Below are positions 21,847 to 31,943 of a DNA stretch of 64,000 nucleotides, piece by piece. Made by a program: the position numbers and the translations under genes. Below the pieces are notes generated by a model. It saw nothing but the letters and a program-made list of their open reading frames with translations. It did not search any database and had not been told where the DNA came from. Numbering within the stretch: the first letter of the stretch is position 1; every line of letters starts with the position of its first letter. Origin of the DNA: Trypanosoma brucei (taxonomy: Eukaryota); NCBI GenBank assembly GCA_000002445.1, contig CP000071.1, forward strand, positions 2,144,001 to 2,208,000, given 5' to 3'.

Positions 21847-23802
21847 ATGCACCGTTGGCGTCCAACGCATTGCACGCTTCAGCTCAACTTCCTGCGCCCT
21901 AGTGAATGTGGCGAGGGCCAACCTCAGGTTCTGCGAGCGGGAGATGCCTACAGTGGGACGTCCACCATCCGTTATTTGCGCTGCGACTCTAAGAAAGACG
22001 AAGGCAGCACCTCACCAGCGGTGGGTTCGCCCACCCGTAACGAGCCGAACGTTGCAATCCCACGCAAAGAGGACGGGCTGCACTTCCACGCCATAACAAA
22101 CATCCCGCATAGCCTCCCGAAGGCCTTGCCCCTCACGCTGCAATCCATGAAGGTGCAGATGGCATCGCAACGCAGCGGAGCCGCGTCTCTAAAAGTGTTG
22201 AAGGTTGTGGACGAAAGCAACAGCATCAGTGATGGTAATAAAAATAATAGTGGAACCGGCCCAACTGGGGCGAGTAGGAGCGATAAGCACGTAAAGAACT
22301 GCGAGGCACGGAAGCGTGAAAAGCAGTTCCTGAAGAAAAAGCAGCGTTGCAAAAACAGTGATGAGCACAACAGCATGGGAGGAGATGGAAGTTGTGAACA
22401 GCAGGCCGACGACCCAGGATCGAAATATGTCTATTTCGAAGGAGGAGCGGACATGCCGGCAGGTTCGACAGTCCTCTTGTCCATAGCATTCACCGGAAGG
22501 GTGCAGGCATGGGACCAAGGTGGCATTTACGCCGGGGAGCAGAGGGAGGGAGGGGCAGGTTCACGAGTTCTACTCACACATTTTGAGGTTGCCTTGGCTC
22601 GCTTGGCTTTTCCATGTCCTGATGATCCACAAGAGTACCGTATCGTATGGCAATTGCAATTACTGCAATTACCGGCGGAGTACAACATGGTGGTGAGCAA
22701 CACAACTGAGATTACAAAGAAGGCTGTGGGAAGCAGAGGCATGCAGTACTCGTTCGCTCCCATTGGACCACTGCCCGCCTATGTGATTGCCTTCGCTGCC
22801 TTCGCAGGAGCAGTTGAGGTGCTAGAAGAAGACTTGCAGCTGCGCGGACTCCCGGCCGTCGAGTACATCGAGCAAACTACTAATGGTAAGAGTCTTTCTG
22901 GCCACGATGGTAAGGGCAACCACGCGATGAGGACAGTAACGATGCGGGTTGTCACTCATGCGACGAGCGGGGTGGCTCCACCTGTACTCGCGCAAGTGGC
23001 CCACACGGCACGTGATGCCATCCGGCTACTGGAAGACTTTTTCGACTCACCGATACCTCTCCAACAGCTGCCGTTCTGTTCCTCACATTCTTCAAACGAC
23101 CACTGGGGTAGCGATTATTACTGTTGTGAGTGGCAGCAGTATGGAGGGGGTGAAACACTAACTATTGTCGTCGCACCAACAATGCCGTACATCTCGGGCA
23201 TGGAGCATCATGGTTGTATCTTTCTTAATGAATCCATCTACAGTCTTACGCAGTCCGTCGGAGGCACAGGTGCCAGAGGAGCATCAAGGTCTAACGCACC
23301 GGGTTCCGAGACCGTCGTCGAGGTGGAACGTGTGGAGCTTATCGTGCACGAGCTTGTGCATCATTGGGTGGGGAATGCCCTCGGAATGCCCTTTGTACTC
23401 AAAGAGGGCGTCTGTCAGTTAATGGAGCAGTGTCTTGGCGATGTGATTATGGGAAGGCCCATGAGAAAAGTGAGGCCTGCTGCGACGGGTGCCAACACGA
23501 CAGCGTCTAACATCAACACGGACTCGGCAAAAACGCGGGCGGATGACGCGAATTTGGTAATTGTGGATGCGGAAAAGGGAAAGGAGTTCACATTCCACTC
23601 CTATCAAAAGGCGCTAAACACACTGAGGAATGTGGTGAGCGTTATGGGGTTTAACGTATTCAAGGAGCGGATGCAACGGATGTACGCGTCGGAAGTGCTC
23701 GAGGACGCAAGAAGTAAAACCTCGTCGCTTCCACCGTATGTATCAGCAACAAAATTCATGGCCTACATGAATCCGCAAGATGCTGCGCTGTACTGTACGT
23801 GA
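21847..23802 (+). CDS. Divergent M1-family zinc metallopeptidase-like protein (aminopeptidase N / LTA4H-like fold)
   Basis: Zinc-binding motif HELVHHWVGN followed by LKEG, which corresponds to M1 HEXXH-(X18)-E (HELAHQWFGN...LNEGFA) but with about 4 fewer spacer residues. An upstream SGMEHHG may be a degenerate GAMEN exopeptidase motif. The N-terminal part of the ORF may be 5' leader; an alternative start is MKVQMASQ near 22149. Confidence 0.6.
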   Translation: MHRWRPTHCTLQLNFLRPSECGEGQPQVLRAGDAYSGTSTIRYLRCDSKKDEGSTSPAVGSPTRNEPNVAIPRKEDGLHFHAITNIPHSLPKALPLTLQSMKVQMASQRSGAASLKVLKVVDESNSISDGNKNNSGTGPTGASRSDKHVKNCEARKREKQFLKKKQRCKNSDEHNSMGGDGSCEQQADDPGSKYVYFEGGADMPAGSTVLLSIAFTGRVQAWDQGGIYAGEQREGGAGSRVLLTHFEVALARLAFPCPDDPQEYRIVWQLQLLQLPAEYNMVVSNTTEITKKAVGSRGMQYSFAPIGPLPAYVIAFAAFAGAVEVLEEDLQLRGLPAVEYIEQTTNGKSLSGHDGKGNHAMRTVTMRVVTHATSGVAPPVLAQVAHTARDAIRLLEDFFDSPIPLQQLPFCSSHSSNDHWGSDYYCCEWQQYGGGETLTIVVAPTMPYISGMEHHGCIFLNESIYSLTQSVGGTGARGASRSNAPGSETVVEVERVELIVHELVHHWVGNALGMPFVLKEGVCQLMEQCLGDVIMGRPMRKVRPAATGANTTASNINTDSAKTRADDANLVIVDAEKGKEFTFHSYQKALNTLRNVVSVMGFNVFKERMQRMYASEVLEDARSKTSSLPPYVSATKFMAYMNPQDAALYCT

Positions 23803-24180
23803 AGATATATGCGAAAAGACGGGGAGTGGATCTGTACCTTTCGTGATTAAACGTTACTAAGGAATGAGGAGTAAATTTGTTGTGCAACTGACGAGGAAGC
23901 GCGGTCGGCGGTGCTGGTACGTCCCGCAATGGACAAATGACCGCCAACACGACCGCCGGAGCACATGAACTGCTACTATGCTTCTTTGCTTCGGCAGCCA
24001 TATCATCGTTGAGGGACTGGAGCCGCCAATGTTCTTGTCCCCTTGGGCGTTGGCGCTCCTTCACCCCTCATCTCCGCCACGTTGCCTCACCTCAACCCCC
24101 GCCACCAGGCAAGACGAAACGAAAATGAAGGGTTCGGTAAACACATCACCACCGCTTGTTCCTGTTCTTCGTTCATGATC

Positions 24181-24258
24181 GTCTGCATTTTTCTCCCCCC
24201 TTTTGGCGCACTCTTCTTCATTTGTAGTTTTGTGCACTTGCTTCCTTCTACCCTCTAA
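24181..24258 (+). promoter_or_regulatory. Polypyrimidine tract upstream of the crotonase gene (candidate trans-splice acceptor region)
   Basis: tcgtctgcatttttctcccccttttggcgcactcttcttcatttgtagttttgtgcacttgcttccttctaccctctaagg, followed by AG dinucleotides 80-150 nt upstream of the ATG at 24337. Confidence 0.3.
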
Positions 24259-24336
24259 GGACAACACCAGAAGAACGGAATCCAACTGCACCAACTGCGA
24301 GACGAAACTGGGAGAGGAGGAAAACAGCAGACGGCC

Positions 24337-25413
24337 ATGCGACGCAGTGTTGTGACATCTCTTCACACAGCTTCGTTTGCTTCACTCACCAGAGTTGGAG
24401 TTTTCAATGTCGCTGCTGTTGCGCATTTAGCGATCCGTTCACAAACAACAATGCACGGGGCACCGGGTAATACTTCCCCAGGGCCCCGACCTCCGGTACA
24501 GCAAGGAACAGTTCCAATGCAACATCACCAGCAGATGCATCCATCGGCAGTGGGTGCGGAGGCAGAAGATGACTTTGAGCCTCCATGCAAGCCGTCGGAG
24601 CCTCCAAAAATGCTGAAGGTAGACACAAGTGACCGGGGCATCACGACAGTAGCACTTAATCGCGCACCCGTGAACTCACTCAGTCTAGAGCTCTTTGAAG
24701 AACTCAACAGTTGGATGTTGTGGCTTGGCAGCGACGAAAGTTGCAGGGCGGTCATCCTAACATCCTCCATACCCACAGTCTTCTCAGCGGGTCTGGACAT
24801 AAACGAGTTACACAATCCAGAGCCCGAGCGCCTCCGGCGCTTTTGGAAGAGCTTTCAGGAGGCGTGGCTCATTCTCAACAGCTTCCCGAAACCAATCATC
24901 GGAGCGGTTAGCGGCAATTCTCCAGCTGGTGGATGCGTTCTCGCTCTTGGTTGTGATTTTCGTGTGATGCTCCGGCACCCGACCGATAAACCCGATCGGC
25001 CATTCCGTATTGGGCTCAACGAGACGAAACTTGGTATAACCACACCACCCTGGGTTGTGCCCGCCTATGCGTACGTTCTCGGTTCGCGACGTGCTGAGAG
25101 GATGCTTCAACTTGGTGATACGCCCACCGCTGACGAAGCACTGCGAGTGGGCTTGGTTGATTTGGTTGTGGATGGGGAACAGCAGCTCCGTGAAGCAGTC
25201 TTGAAGGAGGCTGAGCGCTTCCTGTCAGTTCCACAACAATCCCGCTGGATGCTACGTGACATGCTCCGCCGCGAGTATTTGCAGGTCATTGGCTCCGAGG
25301 AAGACAGAGAATATGACACGCAGTTCTTCGTGGAGCTCATGATGAACCCGGACGTGCAGAAGAGTCTCGAAGCCTTCACAGCGCGTCTGAAGGGAGTGGC
25401 AGCGAAAAAGTAA
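24337..25413 (+). CDS. Enoyl-CoA hydratase/isomerase family protein (crotonase fold; delta3,delta2-enoyl-CoA isomerase-like), probable mitochondrial
   Basis: Crotonase core: ITTVALNRAPVNSLSLELFEEL...AVILTSSIPTVFSAGLDINEL...IIGAVSGNSPAGGCVLALGCDFRVM (oxyanion-hole and CoA-binding segments). The N-terminal about 80 aa are Arg/Ser/Thr-rich and lack the fold, consistent with a targeting or extension sequence. Confidence 0.8.
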   Translation: MRRSVVTSLHTASFASLTRVGVFNVAAVAHLAIRSQTTMHGAPGNTSPGPRPPVQQGTVPMQHHQQMHPSAVGAEAEDDFEPPCKPSEPPKMLKVDTSDRGITTVALNRAPVNSLSLELFEELNSWMLWLGSDESCRAVILTSSIPTVFSAGLDINELHNPEPERLRRFWKSFQEAWLILNSFPKPIIGAVSGNSPAGGCVLALGCDFRVMLRHPTDKPDRPFRIGLNETKLGITTPPWVVPAYAYVLGSRRAERMLQLGDTPTADEALRVGLVDLVVDGEQQLREAVLKEAERFLSVPQQSRWMLRDMLRREYLQVIGSEEDREYDTQFFVELMMNPDVQKSLEAFTARLKGVAAKK

Positions 25414-25669
25414 CTTAAATAAACTGTCCAGCAAGAGAACGAAGTTTGATTACTATTTTTTTATTTTATTTTCGGTGGCAACCCGTGAACGAAGTGCGCC
25501 TTGTGAAACCGGGGAAACGCAGCCCTTCCCCTCAGTGGTAAAAATGAGGATGGCGAACGGGTATTTAACGCATTTAATCACAAACGTATCGTATGCAAAA
25601 ACACTCACAGGTGTGTGGAGAAGTTCATAAAGAAAGCTACATCAGAAAAGGGGGCGCAAAGTCGCGTGT

Positions 25670-28600
25670 GTGGTGCGCCTGCAAACCTTTTACCGCCCTT
25701 TCTTGCGTAAAAATTGTTGGCAAAAGGGTAAAGAGGGTCAAAGGTGTCGAAGACTAGTTGCACATGTTACAGACGTTGTAATAAACATGTGTGTGGGTAC
25801 AGTGCCCACACTCTCCCTTGCGTTACGTTTACCTCACGCGCATGGTTACTCACCTTTCATTTTCTCTGGCATCTACGCTCTCTCGTATACCATTAGTGAT
25901 CGTAGGACAACGAAATTGATAGGAATGCTGGACACCAATGGGACTGCAGAACTCACCGTGCACTGTGCGAGTCCGCTACAGCCCTCAAGTAACAGTCGTA
26001 ACTCGAAGCAGTTAAGCCCCATAACACCGATCGCCAGCACCATCCACTCGGCAAGCGCCAACAGTCCACTCTCTCAATGCCAGCAGAACACCGCAGAGGT
26101 TGGCATCGGGGGACCGCACTTTGCGCTTGCATTGACTGCTGTCGGGGCTGACACCGCTGCCGGGGAGGCGGTTTCCATTGCAAACGGAACATTCAGTGGC
26201 AACGGGCTCTCGGCCTACGTATCGAAATTGTCGGAAATAGTTGGTGAACCGCCATTTACAGAGGAAGAGATACTTGAAGAATTGGAAAAACTGCGCACAC
26301 GCTCACAGCTAACGTCAGCACCTTTCAACCGTCGATTATTACCCATACTTGCACGGTATCAGCTAAGAGAGAAGTGGGGGCCAGCAGCGGAGCCGTACGC
26401 CGAGCGTCTCGTCACAGATGATGGTTCAGTGGTTCCTTCATTCCTCCCAGAATTGCATCGTATTCGTGAAAGACGGCAGCAGCTGGATAAGGTGCAGAAG
26501 TGCCGCTCCTTCCACTGCTACAAAATACCACCACCACCGCTCCGACCCCAAGGAGAAACATCCACCACGCGACCACTACTGGAGGAGGAGTTAGTCGCGG
26601 CCAAACAGTTTACACGTTCTTGGCTGGGGCCTTCTCACAAAGCAACGCCTGATACCAATGATTACAAACACACTTTCAACAACGAGGGACAACAAACGCC
26701 AAGGGGGAAAAGAATCCCTGATGTGTTTTCCAGTCCGCAGACACCACAGACGCCGACAACGGAAAAAGATCACACGGCTCCGCAGCGGTTGCAAACTCCC
26801 ACCCAGATACACACGGCAATGCAGTCCAGTCGCACCAAGACTATGCTGGTTAACAGTACCATAGACATCCCAAATAATCAGGGAAACGATGCCAATGAAT
26901 CCCGTATACGAGGTATGAGTGCCAGCAGCCTGCTGGTTAACAGTACCATAGACATCCCAAATAATCAGGGAAACGATGCCAATGAATCCCGTATACGAGG
27001 TATGAGTGCCAGCAGCCTGCTGGTTAACAGTACCATAGACATCCCAAATAATCAGGGAAACGATGCCAATGAATCCCGTATACGAGGTATGAGTGCCAGC
27101 AGCCTGCTGGTTAACAGTACCATGGGCATCCCAAATAATCAGGGAAACGATGCCAATGAATCCCGTATACGAGGTATGAGTGCCAGCAGCCTGCTGGTTA
27201 ACAGTACCATAGACATCCCAAATAATCAGGGAAACGATGCCAATGAATCCCGTATACGAGGTATGAGTGCCAGCAGCCTGCTGGTTAACAGTACCATAGA
27301 CATCCCAAATAATCAGGGAAACGATGCCAATGAATCCCGTATACGAGGTATGAGTGCCAGCAGCCTGTTGGTTAACAGTACCATGGGCATCCCAAATAAT
27401 CAGAGAAACGATGCCAATGAATCCCGTATACGAGGTATGAGTGCCAGCAGCCTGTTGGTTAACAGTACCATGGGCATCCCAAATAATCAGGGAAACGATG
27501 CCAATGAATCCCGTATACGAGGTCTGAGTGCCAGCAGCCTGTTGGTTAACAGTACCATGGACATCCCAAATAATCAGGGAAACGATGCCAATGAATCCCG
27601 TATACGAGGTATGAGTGCCAGCAGCCTGTTGGTTAACAGTACCATGGGCATCCCAAATAATCAGGGAAACGATGCCAATGAATCCCGTATACGAGGTATG
27701 AGTGCCAGCAGCCTGCTGGTTAACAGTACCATAGACATCCCAAATAATCAGGGAAACGATGCCAATGAATCCCGTATACGAGGTATGAGTGCCAGCAGCC
27801 TGCTGGTTAACAGTACCATGGGCATCCCAAATAATCAGGGAAACGATGCCAATGAATCCCGTATACGAGGTCTGAGTACCAGCAGCCTGTTGGTTAACAG
27901 TACCATGGACATCCCAAATAATCAGGGAAACGATGCCAATGAATCCCGTATACGAGGTCTGAGTACCAGCAGCCTGTTGGTTAACAGTACCATAGACATC
28001 CCAAATAATCAGGGAAACGATGCCAATGAATCCCGTATACGAGGTATGAGTGCCAGCAGCCTGTTGGTTAACAGTACCATGGGCATCCCAAATAATCAGG
28101 GAAACGATGCCAATGAATCCCGTATACGAGGTATGAGTGCCAGCAGCCTGTTGGTTAACAGTACCATGGGCATCCCAAATAATCAGGGAAACGATGCCAA
28201 TGAATCCCGTATACGAGGTATGAGTGCCAGCAGCCTGCTGGTTAACAGTACCATGGGCATCCCAAATAATCAGGGAAACGATGCCAATGAATCCCGTATA
28301 CGAGGTCTGAGTGCCAGCAGCCTGCTGGTTAACAGTACCATAGACATCCCAAATAATCAGGGAAACGATGCCAATGAATCCCGTATACGAGGTCTGAGTG
28401 CCAGCAGCCTGTTGGTTAACAGTACCATGGGCATCCCAAATAATCAGGGAAACGATGCCAATGAATCCCGTATACGAGGTATGAGTGCCAGCAGCCTGTT
28501 GGTTAACAGTACCATAGACATCCCAAATAATCAGGGAAACGATGCCAATGAATCCCGTATACGAGGTCTGAGTGCCAGCAGCCTGCTGGTTAACAGTACC

Positions 28601-29254
28601 ATAGACATCCCAAATAATCAGGGAAACGATGCCAATGAATCCCGTATACGAGGTCTGAGTGCCAGCAGCCTGTTGGTTAACAGTACCATGGACATCCCAA
28701 ATAATCAGGGAAACGATGCCAATGAATCCCGTATACGAGGTCTGAGTACCAGCAGCCTGTTGGTTAACAGTACCATGGGCATCCCAAATAATCAGGGAAA
28801 CGATGCCAATGAATCCCGTATACGAGGTCTGAGTGCCAGCAGCCTGTTGGTTAACAGTACCATGGGCATCCCAAATAATCAGGGAAACGATGCCAATGAA
28901 TCCCGTATACGAGGTATGAGTGCCAGCAGCCTGTTGGTTAACAGTACCATGGACATCCCAAATAATCAGGGAAACGATGCCAATGAATCCCGTATACGAG
29001 GTCTGAGTACCAGCAGCCTGTTGGTTAACAGTACCATAGACATCCCAAATAATCAGGGAAACGATGCCAATGAATCCCGTATACGAGGTCTGAGTGCCAG
29101 CAGCCTGTTGGTTAACAGTACCATGGGCATCCCAAATAATCAGGGAAACGATGCCAATGAATCCCGTATACGAGGTCTGAGTGCCAGCAGCCTGTTGGTT
29201 AACAGTACCATGGGCATCCCAAATAATCATGGACGGAGTGCGAAAAATATTTGA
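25670..29254 (+). CDS. Repetitive protein: unique about 390-aa N-terminal region followed by about 27.5 tandem copies of a 29-aa unit (LLVNSTIDIPNNQGNDANESRIRGMSASS)
   Basis: A long + strand ORF whose 3' 2.4 kb is a near-perfect 87-bp tandem repeat held in one reading frame. The stop lies just past the last (degenerate) unit, NNHGRSAKNI. The true start is probably an internal Met (e.g. MCVGTV or MLDTNGTAE). Confidence 0.6.
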   Translation: MVRLQTFYRPFLRKNCWQKGKEGQRCRRLVAHVTDVVINMCVGTVPTLSLALRLPHAHGYSPFIFSGIYALSYTISDRRTTKLIGMLDTNGTAELTVHCASPLQPSSNSRNSKQLSPITPIASTIHSASANSPLSQCQQNTAEVGIGGPHFALALTAVGADTAAGEAVSIANGTFSGNGLSAYVSKLSEIVGEPPFTEEEILEELEKLRTRSQLTSAPFNRRLLPILARYQLREKWGPAAEPYAERLVTDDGSVVPSFLPELHRIRERRQQLDKVQKCRSFHCYKIPPPPLRPQGETSTTRPLLEEELVAAKQFTRSWLGPSHKATPDTNDYKHTFNNEGQQTPRGKRIPDVFSSPQTPQTPTTEKDHTAPQRLQTPTQIHTAMQSSRTKTMLVNSTIDIPNNQGNDANESRIRGMSASSLLVNSTIDIPNNQGNDANESRIRGMSASSLLVNSTIDIPNNQGNDANESRIRGMSASSLLVNSTMGIPNNQGNDANESRIRGMSASSLLVNSTIDIPNNQGNDANESRIRGMSASSLLVNSTIDIPNNQGNDANESRIRGMSASSLLVNSTMGIPNNQRNDANESRIRGMSASSLLVNSTMGIPNNQGNDANESRIRGLSASSLLVNSTMDIPNNQGNDANESRIRGMSASSLLVNSTMGIPNNQGNDANESRIRGMSASSLLVNSTIDIPNNQGNDANESRIRGMSASSLLVNSTMGIPNNQGNDANESRIRGLSTSSLLVNSTMDIPNNQGNDANESRIRGLSTSSLLVNSTIDIPNNQGNDANESRIRGMSASSLLVNSTMGIPNNQGNDANESRIRGMSASSLLVNSTMGIPNNQGNDANESRIRGMSASSLLVNSTMGIPNNQGNDANESRIRGLSASSLLVNSTIDIPNNQGNDANESRIRGLSASSLLVNSTMGIPNNQGNDANESRIRGMSASSLLVNSTIDIPNNQGNDANESRIRGLSASSLLVNSTIDIPNNQGNDANESRIRGLSASSLLVNSTMDIPNNQGNDANESRIRGLSTSSLLVNSTMGIPNNQGNDANESRIRGLSASSLLVNSTMGIPNNQGNDANESRIRGMSASSLLVNSTMDIPNNQGNDANESRIRGLSTSSLLVNSTIDIPNNQGNDANESRIRGLSASSLLVNSTMGIPNNQGNDANESRIRGLSASSLLVNSTMGIPNNHGRSAKNI
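26845..29235 (+). repeat. 87-bp tandem repeat, about 27.5 copies, over 95% identical; variants confined to a few codons (ATA/ATG, GAC/GGC, ATG/CTG, GCC/ACC, CTG/TTG)
   Basis: Direct reading: the period is 87 nt (atagacatcc at 26861 and again at 26948). Counting the ESRIRG motif in the translation gives 27 complete units plus one partial. The 879-aa ORF on the opposite strand (26591..29230) exists only because the repeat lacks stops in that frame. Confidence 0.95.
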
Positions 29255-30410
29255 AAAGGGGCTAGTTTTGCCTCATTTTCTCAAGTTACATTTTTATTTA
29301 AGTGGGATGCCCTTAAATTTTTCAGTGGTTACGCTCTTTCGTTTCCTAGTGTGGCCTTTTGTGGCGTTGTCTTTTATTGGAGATTTTAACGTTCGAGGAT
29401 GGCTGCGGGGCCTCCAGTTGTTACTAGCTTCTGTTGAGAGTGATTGTTCTTTTTCCTTTCTCTCTACATACTTTACATGAAGAAAGCTGCTATGTTTCTG
29501 TTTTCTAACCATATTTTCCTCTTGTTGATATATTTGTTACAGTCGTTGCTACTGTACGCACTTAAATTTTTTACTCAGATGAATTTCCGTCGTCATTATT
29601 AATATTATTCCTACTTGTCCATTTCACTGCTAAGGTGAGTGTTAAATAGAGTTGTGTACATATCTGGCATTAACATGGTGTCCAAACCAAGATAAATTGA
29701 AACGTAGTCAACTTATTTTTTTTTTTTCAAACATTTTAGAATGTGCGCTCGGGTGTCGTGGGGATCTTTTCACGCTATTTGAGGTTGATGATTGTTACTT
29801 GGATATACTCGAAATTGAACTTTAAGTCACGGCCATCATTCTTGTGGGGACACACGCTGGTTGGCAGTTGCATTTTCTTACGGGAAAGGTAGGGAGGGTA
29901 AAGCAAAGCAAAACTAAAAGTGTGGAGGAGGGGTCCTGCACTTATTTATTGACGGACTAATTTGTCACGTTTACTTGACGAATTATTTTCCCAGGGGAAA
30001 GAGGTGCTTTGGAAGCTGCTGCAACAAAAGTAAAGGAGGGACAGTGGCGCTCGCGCTGCCATCCCCGATGGGGAATATTCCAATAATTGCGCGTGCATCC
30101 GCATCCTTTTCTAGTGTCTGACCGTGTGATTGCCGGCTTTATTTTTTCTTTTTCATCCACGCTTCTCACCTCCTTCGTTTCTTGGCGTCACCACCGCGGT
30201 TATTGTTATTGATGTCATTGGATTTTTGCGGAAGTTTGCTGCTTTCTTTTTCGTTCCGCCTGTTTATGTATCCTACTCTCGTTGGCTTTGTTTGATCCTA
30301 ATCACAGTCCACAGGGGGTTGCCCAGGTGAAGTAACGTAAGTACTTAGTGGAGGTGCTTTAGTGAACAAGAAGATAAATAGAAAAAGGTGCGGGAGAGGT
30401 AGAGAGGGAA

Positions 30411-31943
30411 ATGCCCCAAACGGTTCAGAAGCGACAAACACACGGAAGGAGCCGGCGTGGTTACGATTTTGTCCTTGAAGGCGTCCCTATGTACGATTCA
30501 CCGGACATAAGTAGTGACAGCAGTGACATAGAGCGTACACGCACCATGGCACCACCCCATGGACAAAATTGGGGCCCAGCCGCGTATCCTAAACCATCAG
30601 CAGCGGGTGCGGTAGCTCCACCGTACCGCCACCAGAAACAACAACAACAACAGCAGCAACAGCAGCAAGAACATGCCCGGCAACAACTACTCTTGCAGCA
30701 AAAGTGGTTGGAACAACAACAGGCGGCATTCCACCAACGACAGCAGGAGTTGTCTCGTGCAGAATATCAACGATCTCACAAAACACAACAGCAAAGCCAA
30801 CAGTCATCCCACAACCACACAGAAACGCGCGATGCACGCAGAACTATCATGGGCGACTCCACGGGACGCGGCAGCCGCGAACGCTGCCCGCCAGTGGATG
30901 ATATTGACTACGTAAAATACTTCCCGGAGAGGGGGCCACGCGTAATGGAATACACGTCACCTGGGTTCAATACCAACCCCTCCACCACCGTAGCCCAACA
31001 CATTCAAAGTGGCCACAATGCACAGTTCACCACCATGCGGCCTTCGGCCCGTAGCCAGCAGCATTTGGAATGTCCCGGCAACCACAACAACACCGTGGTG
31101 GGAGCCTACGGGACGGGGGAGACAGCTGATACGAGAAATACGGGGGCCAGGGAGACGGCAATCGTTGGTGGAGGCGTACATTACGGGGCCCAGAGCTTAC
31201 AAGCCACCGGCAAGTGCGCGGCCAGGTATGCAAGTACGCTTTATTTGGAAAATGACCATCCGTCAGCTCAAGTGCCCAACGGGTACACCGTAGAGATGGG
31301 AAACTCAGGTCTTTTCACTCTAGCTAACTATCCTGATGCGGACAAGGGGGCCGTAACGAACGAAAACCGCTTCAGCGGCGGAGCCGTCAAGCCGCGGTGG
31401 ACATCTGTGAGCACCACCCCCATGGAATGTCGTACACCACCTTCAGTTGCCACTGCACCGCAGTACAGGAACACAGCAGCTTGTGATTCTACAGGCGGAG
31501 ATATCTTCTCTGGGGATTATGAATTTATGCCTGTTGAATTGGGGCAGTGTGACTTCCGCACCCTCCACGCGGTTACCCTCTCTACAGAACCCACACCACC
31601 CTTCACGCCGTCGCACGCTAGTGTGGAATCGAGAGGCGGAAAAAGGAACGCCCTATTGCCCCCAGTGGGGCACAGAGACTTATCGTATTTTGAATCATTG
31701 CCACAGAAGCAACAAAAGCAGCAGAGACGAACATCTAAACAGGGAGATGTGCAAGACGTTAGTGAAGCATCTCTCCCATTCGCGGTACCACAGGAGTACC
31801 AGTATTTAAACAATGACTTGACCGATCCAAATTCGAGTCTTCCGGCCCCTGCTATGTCGGTTGAAACCACACATAAGTCTGAGAAGGCACAAACGCGGAA
31901 GGTTATCGACTCGTCCAATCCCCGACGGTGGATTGTGCTGTAG
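30411..31943 (+). CDS. Hypothetical protein with poly-glutamine tract (Q-rich low complexity)
   Basis: A 510-aa co-oriented ORF. A (CAA/CAG)n run at about 30637-30672 encodes Q14. Q/S/T/P-rich, with no recognisable domain. Confidence 0.45.
   Translation: MPQTVQKRQTHGRSRRGYDFVLEGVPMYDSPDISSDSSDIERTRTMAPPHGQNWGPAAYPKPSAAGAVAPPYRHQKQQQQQQQQQQEHARQQLLLQQKWLEQQQAAFHQRQQELSRAEYQRSHKTQQQSQQSSHNHTETRDARRTIMGDSTGRGSRERCPPVDDIDYVKYFPERGPRVMEYTSPGFNTNPSTTVAQHIQSGHNAQFTTMRPSARSQQHLECPGNHNNTVVGAYGTGETADTRNTGARETAIVGGGVHYGAQSLQATGKCAARYASTLYLENDHPSAQVPNGYTVEMGNSGLFTLANYPDADKGAVTNENRFSGGAVKPRWTSVSTTPMECRTPPSVATAPQYRNTAACDSTGGDIFSGDYEFMPVELGQCDFRTLHAVTLSTEPTPPFTPSHASVESRGGKRNALLPPVGHRDLSYFESLPQKQQKQQRRTSKQGDVQDVSEASLPFAVPQEYQYLNNDLTDPNSSLPAPAMSVETTHKSEKAQTRKVIDSSNPRRWIVL

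Noticed and set aside
26591-29230. 879-aa ORF on the minus strand spanning the 87-bp repeat block
   Set aside because: It is the reverse complement of the tandem repeat. It is open only because the 87-bp unit lacks stop codons in that frame, and its periodic peptide (IIWDAHGTVNQQAAGTQTSYTGFIGIVSL) mirrors the + strand repeat. The + strand ORF is co-oriented with all neighbours and continues into unique sequence.
26845-29235. Possibility that the regular short repeats are a CRISPR array
   Set aside because: The units are contiguous, with no unique spacers between them, and are translated in frame as part of a long ORF. The context is eukaryotic.
30637-30672. CAA/CAG trinucleotide repeat as a standalone microsatellite feature
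   Set aside because: It lies in frame within the 510-aa ORF, encoding poly-Q. It is noted in that gene's evidence rather than as a separate element.
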